Of a stretch of 59,623 bases of DNA, positions 39,301-54,300 are shown one piece after another. Numbering within the stretch: position 1 is the stretch's first letter; every line of letters begins with the position of its first letter. The stretch lies in NCBI RefSeq assembly GCF_026571515.1, contig NW_026862901.1:1-59623 (forward strand). Direction: 5' to 3'. Under the pieces are notes generated by a model. That model worked only from the letters and a program-made list of their open reading frames with translations, was not told the DNA's origin and searched no databases. The translations under genes were made by a program, and so were the position numbers. This DNA is from Ruditapes philippinarum (taxonomy: Eukaryota).

Positions 39301-42300
39301 TCTTGGACTTCGATTCCTGAATATTTTCTCGCTAGGCGTTATTCATTACTGACACTGTGTGAAAAACATATCCATAATTTATGTTAGGAAAAATGCACTG
39401 TATGACAAATATATTGAGGAACTTTATGTGCATGGTTATCGTGAGCAGTCAGGGAATTTTATATCTTAAAATGATTTAGACCTCCGTGTGATTTTGTTTT
39501 GATATAAACTAGTCTTATAAAAATTCATATAACGAATTTGATCATATATCAATTAAACAAAGTTTAGTTCATTAAGCGTTTATAAAACAATATTTTTTTC
39601 AGTGTTATAGTAATACATGTAACGGCATATCAAGCCTAAGGTCGAAACTTCAGAAATATAAATCTGCTCTTGGCAAGTTTGATAACAACATTTCTGCAAA
39701 CGTCTAGTTAGTTCATATGGTAACACTTACATTTCAATGAGTCTGCAAAGTTTTCAATTTGACTATAATTATATGCTCTCAATATCAAGCAAGTTTTCTT
39801 TTTGTTCGAAGATATTGCTATGAGAGCAATTTAACAATCTCATTTGTAAGCGATATTTTACGTGCATGGCTTTTGCGCAACAATAATGAAGTGCAATATT
39901 TAGAAATTTCAATTATTGAAATAGAAAACTTTGTATTGAATATTGAACAACATTGCACATCACAACATTGTATCTTCTATGTCGTTATATTAATACTCAT
40001 TTTATATATTAATGTCATTTTCCATGTTGTCACATCACTTAATAACACCCCCTTACTTTACACGAACTCTTAATATTTGAAAACAATTTTACTTCAATTT
40101 CATTGGGTGATAATAATGGCCAAACTCGAAATAAATTCTTTTAGGAAATTTCTTCCCAGATGTCACTTTGAATTCACGAGGAAACAATTTTATAACTAAA
40201 TTTGTTGCTCCCTGTAGAGATACACAATGCCTGAATGAGGCAAGACAATATTATCTTGGAACATTCATCAAAAAATATCTAAAATCATTTAAATTGCAAA
40301 AGTCTAAATGTTTTGTAGGGCATATAGAAAGAATACTATAATGCAATGTTTTATCGTCATTTCTATCGGAAATCAGGAGTATAGGTGATACTATGTAACT
40401 TAAACGATTTACTTAGTTACTAAATACTTGCCAATCTCCTTAAATTAGCAATTAATTTCAAGAACTATTGTCTATAAAAATGGCTTCTGTGTACCCTGTT
40501 TGGGCGTGTCGGGGCGTGGGGGGCAGGTCCTGTGAACGTTGCCTTTGCCTTGTCTTTATTCTCGTTTGTTATCGATTCTTTTTCTTGTTTAAGTACATTC
40601 GGGCTGTCGATCGATGCTACATTCATGAAGTTCTCAGTTTGATATTTGCTTTTAAGTGCAAATGAATGTCATATTTATTTTGTATTTCGAAAGCATATAA
40701 TTGCAATCATTCATAGTTACATATAACATTTTGTGACTGAAAATAAGAATGTATCTGCTTCAGTTAAACCCATATTCATTAACCACATATTCACTAATTC
40801 CAAACAAAAAGAAACCATCAAATACGCAACAGCAAACAATCAACGTGACAACAAACCAATATTTTTCCACTTGAACTAATGAAAAAGGTAGATACCACAG
40901 AAACTCAACAAGGAAACAAACTAACACAAAAAAGAAACACTAAAGACAAATACTCACGCACTCAAAAACTCAACTCAACACATACAAATATAGACAAGTA
41001 AACGAGTTTCATTTAATTCTTTAAATTCTATGGTTTAACTTACATGTTTTAGACTGGTCCTTGCTGTTAAGTTTATCTCTACTTTCTCTCTAGGACAATT
41101 ATCATCCTTCTATCTTGCTATATTTACACAGTGTTAACAAAGAAATATGACATGCTGAGAGCTTTAATCGTGTATATGCTTGTTAATATTAAAAGCAAAA
41201 TTATATGAACTATTTATATCACAAAGAAACTAGTTTTCAAACAATTTATGATATTATCGTGTAGCTAATATTTTGCAACTTTTTAATAATAAAAAACAGA
41301 AAACGACTTAAATTTAGCTAAGCTGTTGCAAATCCTAGTAACTACAATATGTATCACGTATAAACTCATTGCGCTCTTTTGCAAATTTGACTTAGAAATT
41401 TAAATTTTTCTAAATTTCCAGCAATTTTACTCCCACGTGTCAATCAATTACTGTAATTGAAAATTCAATTTATCACCAGCTTCAAAGAATATGTTTCTTC
41501 AGCATTCCAATGCATATCGTTGATTGGTAATTCATTTCAGTAATGAATATTTTCTTGTTAATTATTCAAAACGGACAAGTAAAAGCAGATCTCTGTGAAA
41601 TGAATTACAAATAAGTTTTTGCAAATCAATGGAAACTAGATTTTATATATTATATTACAGATGGCTAATGTACCTTTTCTGTTGTTTTTAATAAATAAAC
41701 AACATTTTTATCACCACCACGGTGAGCTTATTAAAAACACATGTCCAAGAAAGTGCACTTCATTTTGTGCAAGGATATATCTGTAGGAAATCTCTCGAAT
41801 TTGTAGTTGCAATGAAAACGTTAGTAGAAATGTTTCCACGAAAAAGTATCAAAGTGTAACTGTACCTATGTTTCCCTTAAACAAATAACAAATTCAGTAC
41901 AGAAAGGGAATTAGTGCAAATGAAGTGACATACTAATATGCAGGGAGTTTTATAAAAAGATAATTCATATGAGCAGTTGGATCATCTTTACAACACGTTC
42001 GTTTTAGGACAGCAACTCTGGCGTACAGAACATCTTTTTCACAATATCTAAGCAATTTCCTGTATGTTCTCTCTTTGAAACGATACGCTTCTAGTGTGAT
42101 TTGATATCATTGATATGAAATGAAGAAAAGTACTTCATGACATTAAAGCAATCATAATTATAAGATATTTTAGTTAATCTAATTTCATTATTTCTGTCAC
42201 AATCAGACATATTTACATCAAAGTCATAATAAGTATGACAAAGAACGACATCGATTAAGTTGGTTTATAACAAATATTAGAATTGCTCGAGGTTTGCTGC

Positions 42301-42869
42301 AGATTTTACATATTTCGTTTTATTTTAGAATTAAACTTGATCGTATTAAGTTAATTCCAAATTTTCATTTGAACTAAGTTGTTAACCAATTGTTCATTCC
42401 ACATGTCTTCCAAAAATAAGAAAAACTGTTAAAACGATATAAAAAAAAAGGTTACGGAAACGTTTTAAATACGCAACAATACTCCTGAAACTAGGGCTCT
42501 TGAAACATTATTATACGAATCATTGTATGATATTATTGGTAATGGAAGTGCTTGAATTAGCCATATTTCACATGAATATTCTGTAAATGGCCAAAGCCAA
42601 TTGGTTTTGCTGATATTGCTAATAAACTTAAAACATTTATCATAGACCTTTTAGCAATGGAAATCGTTATTTTTTTGCCCTTTAAAAAAATTATTTATTT
42701 ATATTCATGCAACAAACAATATTTGCGCCATAGTTCGGAGACATATCTATTATTAAAGAATTGCCAGAAATAAATCATAAACCCATAAATGTACAGTGCA
42801 TTAAGTGGAGTGTAGGTATTGGCTTCCCGTACTCCAGTTACCGCCCTGTCTGTCAGGGATAAAAATAGA

Positions 42870-45250
42870 GCATGCTCGTTGATTGGAGGTTTACTTATTG
42901 TGAAGACAGGGAAAGTGATAAAAACAGACAAATCATATTCAGATGCTGGTACCTTGATTAGCTTTATCTGGGGTTCATATTACGACGACAGGGAACGTGT
43001 TTTATTTTGCCTAGGATACAAACGATAAAGACATCGCCCCCGTCGTACAAATCTGATAGCCTCGCGTTTCGATGCTCTTTCTATTGCAAAATGATATTGT
43101 GACTGTGATCAAATATGAATTAATCAAACCATCAGGTTGTTGGAAACTGTTGTAAACAATACTCTTTCATTTTGTTATTTGTTGATTTGTCATCAGCGCA
43201 AGTAAAGCGAACTCTCGACGAATTGGACTATGATAAAACTGAATACTTTTGTGTTTTCGTGAGACGGATTATACACGGCGGACTTCTTAATTTTAAATGG
43301 ACTTATGAAAAGAATATACAGCCTTGCAGATATTCTTGGGAAATAGTTTCTCTCTTTCGGACAATAAGATTCTCTCTTTCGAGCTATTGGCTATTTACGA
43401 TAAAATGCTAAAAGATTTAAGACGAAATATTCATTTGACATGACTTGTATTATGTTATCTAAACTGTCAAAAATAATAAAAAGATAAATTCACCAGTACG
43501 TCGGATTGGTTCTTATTTAAAAAAATGTCCGCCATAAAGCAAAACTTGGAAGTATAAAAGAGTTAGTGCTAGAAAAACAATATTTGACGAGATAACTTGA
43601 CAATAATCACATGAATATAAAGCTTATATTGCACTGGAAAAAAAAACTATGTGAATAATCTTAAAAGTAATGTATACTCGGTTGGCCATGATTCGTTACC
43701 CTGCTAGTTTGATAAACTATATTTCCTTATGACACAAGCGTTCTATGATAAAGAAATTTTGCAGATACATTAAATTTACTTTGATGTATAAAAATATACA
43801 ACTGTTTTCTTTATTAACTGACATTTGTTGAGACTTTCTGGCATACACAGTAAGGGTGTTTGTTGACTCTAGGACAGGGACGAATTTAGGACACCCGACG
43901 ATATATTTCGAATTTGATTTAATATAATTTGTATGTTTTTTATCAATATAAAAATATACATATGTCCAGACAGAATCCCAATAAATGTAATGAATCATTT
44001 TTCTGTCTTTAAAGTATAGGATTCAGGGCTGCTACCACTTAATATTGTAGATTTAACAGGTTACCGATATCTATTTATTTAGATTAAGCAATTTTCAATG
44101 AATTATTCATATAAGTAGAAATGTTCTGTAAAACCATATATTACAATTATGTAAGCATCATCCTGGTAGTATGATGGAGTGAATATGCAAATATCGGGTA
44201 CAGAACTTATTCAAATTAGGAGTGATGAATTGCTTGCGTTTTTATGAGTATCAATTAACGTTATAAATGTTCATAGTAGTTTATAGGTGTTTTGCGTAGG
44301 AATAAAAGAAATCAATGATTTCTGATAATTAATAAGATGATAACATTTACTGAATTGATTAAAATGGTCGTTATACTCAACCATTCACCTTATTTATCAC
44401 TGTCAGCAGACATCACGCACTTTAATCTGATCTTAATTATATAAAACAAATGTATAAACAATTAATAATGAATGATTTGTCTACGTGCTAAATATTTAAA
44501 CATTCTTGATTATATGTAAAATTGTAAAAACGCTGGAAATGGGATATCTTTAAAGAGCAAAAAAAGAAAAGAAAAAAAGAACAGAGCGAAAAGTTAACGA
44601 CTTAGGTCTTTTAGAAATAATGGAAAGTAAATCATCCCTTCCGCCCCCCAGCACCGGCTTAGTGGTAATCACTTATAAATAATATCAGCACTGATAAATA
44701 TTGATCCCGAAGAACCGTAAATAGTATAACAACGCTGATAGAAACACTAATGTCCATTAAGATACATGAAAGTTTATTTAAAAGCAATTTTAGTTACGCC
44801 CATGACAGAATAAATAAATTTTGAAATAAGGTAACAAAACTTGTGACCGTCTGAAAAAAATTGAGTTATCAAAAGGAAAATATTTAACCTTTAAGGTTAC
44901 ACAGTGTAAAAGTATATTATGTTTGATTTATAGTTAAAAAATTCCTATACACTTCAGACTCTTTTAAAATACAAACATATAGTATAACTTTAAATACCGA
45001 CCTATTCATCATATTCAAGTAGTCTTTTGGGGAAATATACAGTATAGTTACAGCAGAAACTTACTTAGGCTAAGTTTAGTAATTGAGTACGTTTTTTTCA
45101 CAGAATCACTTTTGGTGTCCCAATCTTTCTTGTTGAATCAGTAACTATCTGCGTAATTAATTTAGACTTATCTACAAGTCTCGCAATCATAAAACTCCAA
45201 GGCATAATTTGATTGTACAAATGATACTTCCAAAGGTTGGTAATGTAATT
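42870..45250 (+). repeat. Older diverged duplication, paralogous to ~37340-39300
   Basis: Same anchors in the same order and orientation. Confidence 0.75.
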
Positions 45251-47700
45251 TATCTTATTTCTGTACCTCAATTTCAGAATACTTTCACGCCAAACCTTTG
45301 TCATTCCTGAAACCTTCTCAAAAATATATCCATAATTAATTTTAGGAAAGATGTTTGCCGTGGCAAATATATTGTAGAATTTTGGCAATCTTAAAACGTG
45401 TTATTACCTTTAACATGTTATTGTGAATATTAGATATGCCACGGCTGAATAGAAGTCAATACAGTAACTTACCTTATTTCCAATTTCTGTTTTAACAAAA
45501 TTTCCGCCAACATCTACAATCATGAAAAACGTAAGGACAAAAGGTTTATGTGTTCGGTTTTTAGTGAGCAATGGACTCCCATTGTATTGTTACTTGAATT
45601 GTAAACTCAATTTTCAAACAACTTTCATTGAAGAAATTGTACGAAACAAAAGTACAAAAATGAGATTAAAGTCATGTCCAATAATATTACCGATTACAGT
45701 GTCAAATTTTCATATTTTATCGTGAGTTGTTTGACACTAGGCAACAATCGTCTTTTGATATGATTTATATGTGTCTTATCAATTCTGTTGTCTAGTTGCT
45801 TTCCAGAAACATTATGAGATGTCGAGACTAAAATTATGACTGTTACTTTTATGTTATCGCCCGACTTTTATAATTTCCTACAGTTCTAAGTTTGTGTATA
45901 TCATTTCTGAAATGTAGTTGAATATGCGATGATCTAACTTTGTTCTCTACAAAGTAGGAATATTTAGACTGAGAAGATTATATTATGAACAAGACTATTT
46001 GTTTATCTGGAAGCTAGAGAAATTGAAAAATAATTATCTTATATTATCTAATAATTATCGAATTTGACAACTGCTATTCATTTACATTTACAAATTTAAC
46101 ACTACATGTTAATCATTTTGTTAGTATCTTTTTATGGAAGTGTGCAGTTACACAATTCAATCAAAGTACATCTATTAGGTTTTTGTAACCTTCTGAATAG
46201 AAACGTTCAGTTTTAACAGTCGGGGATTTTATTCCTCAAAATTATTTTTGTCCTCTATTATGATTTTGTTCGATACATACTCATCATATTGATATACATA
46301 TGACAAAAGTTACAATTTCAGTTGGTTTTTTTTCTCTCAAACATAAATAAAAAAGATCAATTAATTCGAGAACAAAATATATTTTATAAAGTGAATTGAA
46401 CAAAATAATGCAGATAAATTTGAATGCTTTAGATCATTTTTGTGATATTGACATGTTGATAAAAGCTACAAAAATAGCATTACCTTATACTTCACTATGA
46501 TTAAAACAAGCTCTCACTTTGAACGTATGTGTTTAGTAAGATCAAAAAAAGATCGGTCGGGAAATATATTGGAAAATATGATTTCTTTTGCAAATAGACA
46601 TTTATATTGTAGCAATATTTCACAAGCAGCTCTTTTTGTGCAATAACATGCGAAGTACTTGAACATATCATTGACAATGAAAGACATTCAACTTGCATTA
46701 ACGATGTACATAAAGCTTCTAATATAGAAACAGATAACTTTGAATTAAATATTGAGCAACATTTAAAATATATTGTTGCACCTCGTATTGTGCCATATAA
46801 TATCACATATTGTACCATATTATATCAATTATATTATATCAAACTGGTTGTGCATTATGTTATTTCGTGTCATATTACATTATCTCAAAACACCTCTCAT
46901 AACTTACTCATAGTTGTACTTTAGAGAAGTCGACATAAATTTATTTGAAATATTATGACCTCACTTGCAATGTTTTCTTTCAGTCAATTTTATGTTTTAC
47001 GGCTTCGTAGTTGTCACTTTTAATTTACGAGAAACTAATTATATTATTATCGTCTTCTTTGTTGCTTTGTATGAGAGTAATATATTTGCCTGTAAGAGTT
47101 AGGGCAAAACTATCTGGAAACATTCATCGTAATATTTCTACCTTTACTAATATTGCAAATGCAAAAATTTACGAAGAGATATACCATTTTACAAATATTA
47201 CTAGAATATAAAATTTCATTTATCATAATGGTGTGTTATTGATTTTATTTCTTGATTTAGTAGATACAAGTTAAGTATTATTTTGTTCACATCGAATTGT
47301 CTTCTTATTTCCTTTTGTTTCGTGATTTTGCAATGTCATTTTCATATAACTTTGAAAAAAGAAATGTTTTATCATGGTCTTTGCTCTAAGGCACCTTTTT
47401 ACGTCTTACTCTCATTAACTTATAACTTTTGAACACATTTCGAAACGAGCGTGAAAGCTTCTGTGAAGTGAATTAATTCATCAATTTGATTTTAATAAAA
47501 TTGTATTTTAAAGCATATCCACATTTTTATACAAAACTACACAAAAATTTATGAAAAAGGATTTAATTGTTTTAAAAATTGTGGAAATGACAGAGACTAA
47601 AGGAATCCATAGCAAAATGTTGAAATCGAAGGAAAGAAATTGTCCCAAATGACAAGAACATATAACAACACTGAGACCATTTATAAGGGTTTATGTTTTA

Positions 47701-48003
47701 GCCGCCTCCGTGGTCGAGGGGTTAGAGACTATGACTTCTAATCCAGTTACCTCTCTGGCGTGGGTTTGATCCCCGGGAGATGCTTTGGTAGTTTAGCGCG
47801 GAGGAAGGTAGTCTAGTACTGGTGTAACTCTCCAAGGGGCCGTTTTATCAACGCTCTACGACACGTCGTAGACTAGTTTTTTGTCGCAGACTACGACACG
47901 TTGATTAAACGGCCCCAGGAACGATGGTTAGGAAACTACACGTTTATATGACTGAAATACTGTTGGGAAAAGGCGTAAAATGAAACAAACAAACAAACAA
48001 AAC
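47701..48003 (+). mobile_element. tRNA-derived SINE with nested mini-MITE
   Basis: GCCGCCTCCGTGGTCGAGGGGTT (A box)...GGTTTGATCCC (degenerate B box), (AAAC)n tail, approximate TSD ATGTTT(T/A)A. Confidence 0.8.
47836..47916. mobile_element. 81-bp Harbinger-type mini-MITE inside the SINE
   Basis: GGGGCCGTTTTATCAACG ... CGTTGATTAAACGGCCCC inverted termini with internal CTACGAC repeats. Confidence 0.75.
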
Positions 48004-49159
48004 ATGTTTAATCAACAACATTTTTTAAATAAGCAGTATGATAATTCAAGAAATTAATATAATTTTATTACTTGAACAACGTTTATAGTCTTCCTATCAC
48101 ACTTTATTATATCTGAAAGCAAGTGTAACAGTGCAGTTTTCAAGAAAACTGCAAACACATCTGCAGATGTGATTAGATTTAAAATGCTTCTGCTAAGGCA
48201 GATGCAAGGTTGTATTTACAACAATTGCCCTGTATTACACTGACATTGCAACACGTTTGATGTTGCCTTGTAGGACAATCTTAAAGCATATGATGTTGCA
48301 CATTTCATTTCCATGAAAAAGACAAAGCAGCTCTTCTTTGAATTTGCTTAAAAAGGCTTAAACATCCAATTATGATAATCTCATATTTCCAGCAATTTAT
48401 CGAAATATAAAACAAGAACAAACATATTAATAACGAGCTTTAAAGGAAAATTTCCTTTGACATTTTAAGACATGTTAATGCAGTGTTACCCAGAATTGCA
48501 TTTCATTTATATTCCAATAATTTGCAAACCAGGGAGTTGATGATAGTTGGAAACATTGTTATAAAAATCATTTTAACTTACATATGCTGTCTGGTGAAAT
48601 AACTGTCAGTTTCAAAGTTCTAAAAAGAGGAAATCCAAGAGAGCACCGGAAAGGCATTTTGTGTGTTTATGCTTTGTTCCTATTTTCTATAAGAGACGTT
48701 TTCACAAAATTTAGCTACTTTCTATTTAAACATCATATCTATTAAATTATTGAGTATAACAAATAAATATGGATAAACAAGCCGTAAACACACCAGATAA
48801 CTTATACCAAAAGTTAAATGCATTCCCGTTCAACGAACTTTGATATTACTAGACATAACAAAAGGTCAGTGTTCTTTGTCATAATCAACTTAAACACGAA
48901 TACCTAAAATGTACTTTTGAACAAAATATGAGAATCTAAAGATCTGGGGAAAGGGAAGGTCCCTCACAAACTACAAAAAAAGACAAAATTGCATTAAAAT
49001 TGAAAGCACAGTTGCTTGAACCTTTGAAAAAGTGCAACATCACTCATGAACTGTAGAACCGGCATAAGTGGTAATCAAAGGAATGCAGAATTACTTCTAC
49101 TTTCATAAACATATAATGCTTAGAGGTATTCCCAATGGTATCCGCAATGGATATAAATC

Positions 49160-49510
49160 ATGCTCTGGAGATCAAATTGGTCTCTGGCGGGCACTTAGGT
49201 TGCCTGAACGTGAGTAGTAAAACATCTTATGTAGCATCATCTAGTTATTCTCTAAAATGATATATAAGTCATGACCCTGAGTCCACTTTGATCCCACCTT
49301 AGGGACATTTGCTTACATAGACTAATATAGGAAAAGAGGAAAAGTCTCCTTGTGTGAAACAACAATGCCCAACAATTAGATATTTGGCATGTATTATTTC
49401 CTCCCGAATCTCTACATTTTTTTTTAATGTTGGGTCAAACTGACACTCCCGAGGAGAAAAAGTCACTACATTATTGAAAATTGTGACCTTTCGGGGTGTG
49501 ATGTAGGATC
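49160..49510. mobile_element. Decayed satellite-bearing (HINE-like) repeat fragment
   Basis: Degenerate ~170-bp periodicity (ATGTAGCATCATCTAG...CTCTA versus GGCATGTATTATTTCC...CTCTAC). Confidence 0.4.
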
Positions 49511-50892
49511 ACCACAACTCTTTTGATGTGTTGCATCATAGATAAGCAAAAGTGTTATCACCAAACTTGGCCTTAAGAATCCCTCCTGAGACTTCTATCA
49601 AATGTGCACGTACATTTTTGTTTTGGTTGCAGTGGCTAATATAGGAATAATTGTAGATTAAACTGTATTTAAGTTTCTTACTTATCAGAATAATTATACA
49701 AAATATGTCAAATGCGGTTAATGTAAAACTATTTGCCAATCTGATACATGTACGTTTGAGGCACATGTGTTTTCCGCTGATATTGTGTGTCGATTGAGTA
49801 TGGCGTGTTGTTGGGGAACTGTTAGAAGACTACGTTCAGTGAATTGTTTCTCCCTTGATAACAATTTCTTTTATTTTTACCATAGTTTTCTGTATCATTT
49901 CCATCCTAATTTTATTCTAACATTAACGAGACTATCCACTATTATTACTGTATCAGCCTTGACATTTTTGTACTCAGAAATGTTTTACATGAATCTCGTG
50001 CCAGATCGATTGTCTTGTATAGAAACACCATTTATCAACTCTTCAATTGTTAATTCTGTTTACTTTGTGTAAGGTACGCTCGATACTCATCAAATAAAAT
50101 CCTGTTTACTGATAGTTGACAAAGATATTATTACAGATTATTATATGATTTTTAGAAAATATTTACTGGGTATAATTGATGATTTTAGCATGCGCATTCG
50201 CATTTATTCACTGGCTGAATTTTCCCTATCTAGAATCAGACTCACATTCAGTGACCATAGATCAAATACAACTTAAATTTGATGCATTTAATCTTATGGC
50301 ATATTTCCCGATTCAAAAATCTGTTTACTCCACAATGCATGTAATTGGTGAAAGTTACATTGATAACAAGTTTATGAAATATTGCTCTACTTTTTGTATT
50401 TTCTGATCGCAGATCAGGGAATACAGTGCTGACATTCAATCGCTGGCACAGAATACACGACAAACCTAACAACAAGTACATTGTGGTTCTCAAAACAGCT
50501 TAAAAATAGCGATGTAACAGAAAGAAATATTTTTATTTTGTTACAAGTATCCAACAAATTACAACGCATTCAAAGTTTAATCAGAATTGTCAATAAATGC
50601 ACAATCACAAATTAAGCGGATGAATATCATTTTAATCAATGAAAATGCTATTTAAGCGATGTCGATTTCCGAATACTTCAGAGCGTATTACACTAATAAA
50701 TCTGACTGTCGAATAGTGGAATATATACATGTTGGACTGTTTTGGCGAGAAGATTTTCGCTAAATTATTTACATCAATGTTAAACAACAGGTTTATACAG
50801 GTTAATATCTAGAAATTAATAAGGATTACAAACCTGAAATGAAAATTCCAAATTTAGAATTATTTGATTTTATTCAGGCTTTCTTCGTACAA

Positions 50893-50963
50893 CTTCCCCG
50901 TGGTGCAGGGGTAACTCGCTCGTTTCGAGTGTGAGAGGTCTGGGGTTCTAATCCCAGTCGATG
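50893..50963 (+). pseudogene. tRNA-Pro-like pseudogene or isolated SINE head
   Basis: TGGTGCAGGGGTA...CTCGTTTCGAGTGTGAGAGGTCTGGGGTTCTAATCCCAG aligns by eye to eukaryotic tRNA-Pro. The acceptor stem is broken, and a T7 run follows at 50970-50975. Confidence 0.6.
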
Positions 50964-51674
50964 TAACTATTTTTTAAGTGTCTTGTTTAAGGAAGTATCC
51001 ACGATATGCAAGGATAAAGTGTGGCTGTCATAAAAAAATGAACATAAATGTTTTTTGATGCAACTCTATTCATGCAAAATTCCGTATGTATCAAACTCAA
51101 ACTGTTATAGTAAAAAATCCTAAACGCAGTCGCTGCATCCCGGTGCCCTATAAGATGAATTATAGTATATAAAAATAAACTATTACAGGAAAATATATAC
51201 ATATATACAGTAAGATTTAGATTGCAAAGATCAGAAAATACCACAGAGCTTGCAGCCATTTGATTGTGTTTAATTTTAATCATAGGCTGATTATACAATA
51301 AAACAATTATTGACCAATGATCCATTGATCTCGCTATCGCCTCGGTCAATATGATATTTACTGGTGAATATCACATCATATTAAATGGCTCACTAGTCAA
51401 TTTTTATGTAATATAAAAGCTCGCTCATTTTTTGAACAATTTTGTTTTATCTCTGTATATGAGTCATGCATAAAATGGAAACCAATAATGTCTCCCAAAC
51501 GGAATAAGGTTTTATCATTCCTAAGCTTTGTAGTCACTTGTTATATATACAATAACTGTTAAAAATAAACAGATTATAAATAAAAACGTCGGTTTCTGAA
51601 ATGGATACATCTATTTTCAGTGTGAAATAGACATTTAGTAATACAAATATCTATAATATGTACGATCAAATACA

Positions 51675-51965
51675 TGTAGGTCGAAACCTTTGGGGTTGCA
51701 AACATTGATCATCATTTTTTATCGGTTGAAGCTAGTCTCATAATATGACAAGATGGCAGCCAAAATAATCTGTTTCACTAATAGTTTGAATTAGTGCTTC
51801 TTACAATACTTGATATAGCCAGGCAGACTGATGCTAGTATAATTCAATTTATGACTCTTTGGATGTTATAAAATCATGAATAATTCAGTACAATATGCTT
51901 AATATGGAAACTAGACTTATGGAACCTGTAAAAGTCGTCCGACAAAGTGAAATCAGCTGATGATG
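51675..51965 (+). repeat. Diverged direct repeat of 57505-57805
   Basis: Shared AGGCAGACTGATGCTAG.ATAATTCAATTT and ATGAATAATTCAGTACAAT.TGCTTAATAT blocks. Confidence 0.85.
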
Positions 51966-52039
51966 TGCCTAAATGCAGGAAATATGCGTCATATTTTATG
52001 GTATATGATTTAAATTCAAGTCATGTTGTTTGTTTTGTT

Positions 52040-52462
52040 ATTTTGACACGGTTTTGAATAATATATTTTCGACAATATCAAACTTCAAATTGCACTCGTA
52101 CCTCGTCAATGGCTTCAAATTATGTAGAAATTGGCATAAATGCGTTAGTCACGCAATGAAATATGGTCATATATTCTGTAAAATCAGTCATTAATCGCGC
52201 AAAACGACTAACTTATAACTTGAAACTTAAGTCTTTTTACATTTTTCAAAAACAATTTTAGTACATTTTTCTCAAGTGATTTTCTTAAGATATTATTAAG
52301 GTTCATCTGGATGTTTGCAGCTTTGATCAGATTTTGTAAACGACATTTGATTCTAGTTTGAAGAAAACTTTAACATATGATAACTGTTGTAATTAATGGT
52401 GTACGAGTCAAATTTCAATTTTGATATTGTCGAAAATATATTATTCAAAACCGTATCAAAAT
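52040..52462. mobile_element. MITE with ~60-bp TIRs
   Basis: ATTTTGACACGGTTTTGAATAATATATTTTCGACAATATCAAA is inverted at ~52420-52462. Flanks GTTTTGTT / GTTTTGAT resemble an 8-bp TSD. Confidence 0.8.
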
Positions 52463-54300
52463 GTTTTGATGTTTATTAACCTGGGCTGTAAATGCCGTTT
52501 GCAATGTGTAAATAACTTTCTTTGTTTCCTTAACAATACTTTACTTTTAAATACATTTAAAAAATGTAAATGAAAATAAGCATAAACCTGAAGGCATGCT
52601 GCTTTTGATATCAGGTAAAGAAGTAGCAGTCCGAAATCACAATATAATACTTTTTTAAACATTAAAGTTTATGCAATGCTTCAGAGAACAACAGTCAAAA
52701 CTGTTATTTCAAATTCTGTCATCGCCATTTTTATGATTGAGAAAAATTGAAAATATTAACAAAACAAGTTTTTTTTCCAAACTATATTATTTATACGTGC
52801 TGATGACTTTAAGTGAATGTTTTACTCAGCTTTATGTTATTTGTTCACATTTGCTTGCATAGATATGTGGCCTTTTGTTATTTCGTTTTACAAAAAAGTA
52901 GAAACACCGTTTTCTCCCGAAGATCCATTACAAGATATCTGCAAACATAAATGTTGTAAATGGATTCTCACGAGATTTATGGATTAGATATATTCTTGAA
53001 TGACTTTAAACAAAATTTTATAATGTTGTGGGATATTTCGTTTTTTGTTGTTGTTGTTTTTTTTTGTTGTTATTGTTGTTTTGTTTTTGTTTTTATTTGT
53101 TTGTTTTTTGGGGGGTTTTTTGTTGTTTTTTTCTTTTCAGAAACTGAAGTTATTGTGTTCTAGAAGTTGTTTTATTATTAAAAATCATTTTTAAGATATT
53201 AAATTAACAAACTATTGACTATAGAAAGAATAGATATGTTTCAAATTAATGTTCCTTGAAGGGAATATTTTCCCAAACCGTAGAATTAACTAATGAGTCA
53301 CTGTTCACGTTTTTTAATTAGTTACTCTATTGTTTTTTCTAACTCAGCAATTTTGTTTGGTGTTCACGTTAGTTAGAAGGTTTCCGAATATCCTGGTCAG
53401 ATACATTATATTGAAGGAACAAATTAATTAGACCTGTGGATTTGTTTTATAAGGATTCTGAATAAAATTCTCATACTCATATCAGATATAATGAACAGTT
53501 GTGGAAACGATATAACATTACAACTTCTTATAGTGATATCCGACCAACAGCGAATTTGACAAGAATGTGTACATATTTTATAACATTAAAAGTACATTCT
53601 CAAAACAAAGAAATGTGTTAATTGTAGTTTCTTTCCATTGGTCTATTGTATATAAATCTTAACTCTCAATTCAAAAATATAATGAAAACATTTCAAAATG
53701 ATGTTATGCACATCGCTTGTTTTTTCTTTTGCGAATGAATCAATTTATTAATTGTATTTAAACAAATTGTCTTTCTTAAGAAACTCGAACCTATACATGA
53801 CGATTATTTTACAATACTTCATACATTTTTTATAATTTTAAGAAAACTAAAATAGTTTATAAATTATATAGTAATTGGTAGTTTTGAAATTCTGGAAAGG
53901 AGATAAATCTCAAGAGAATGAAATAAAACAATTAGATTTAAAGCACAGACTCGGTTTTATTGAGTTTGATGGAAAGTGTAATATCTCTACCAAGCCCACT
54001 ACCTCCGGTTCAAGGATAAATTGAAGTATTTGAACCAATGATTTCAAATGACCAAAAATAAAACAACAGAAGTATAAAAAGACTAATAATATTTGTAAGA
54101 TCAATAACATTTTTTTTAAATTACAGTAAGATGAATCATGAAAGTTTCACTTTACTTGAACGAGATAAATGGCCCTGATACCAGCCACTCTTTACATACC
54201 AGCCACTTTATACCTTACATGTTACGAAAGAGTGAAATAAAAACTCCATTACCTGCCGAAAACTCCCATTTGCGTGTATTTCTATACCCTTTAATAGTAG

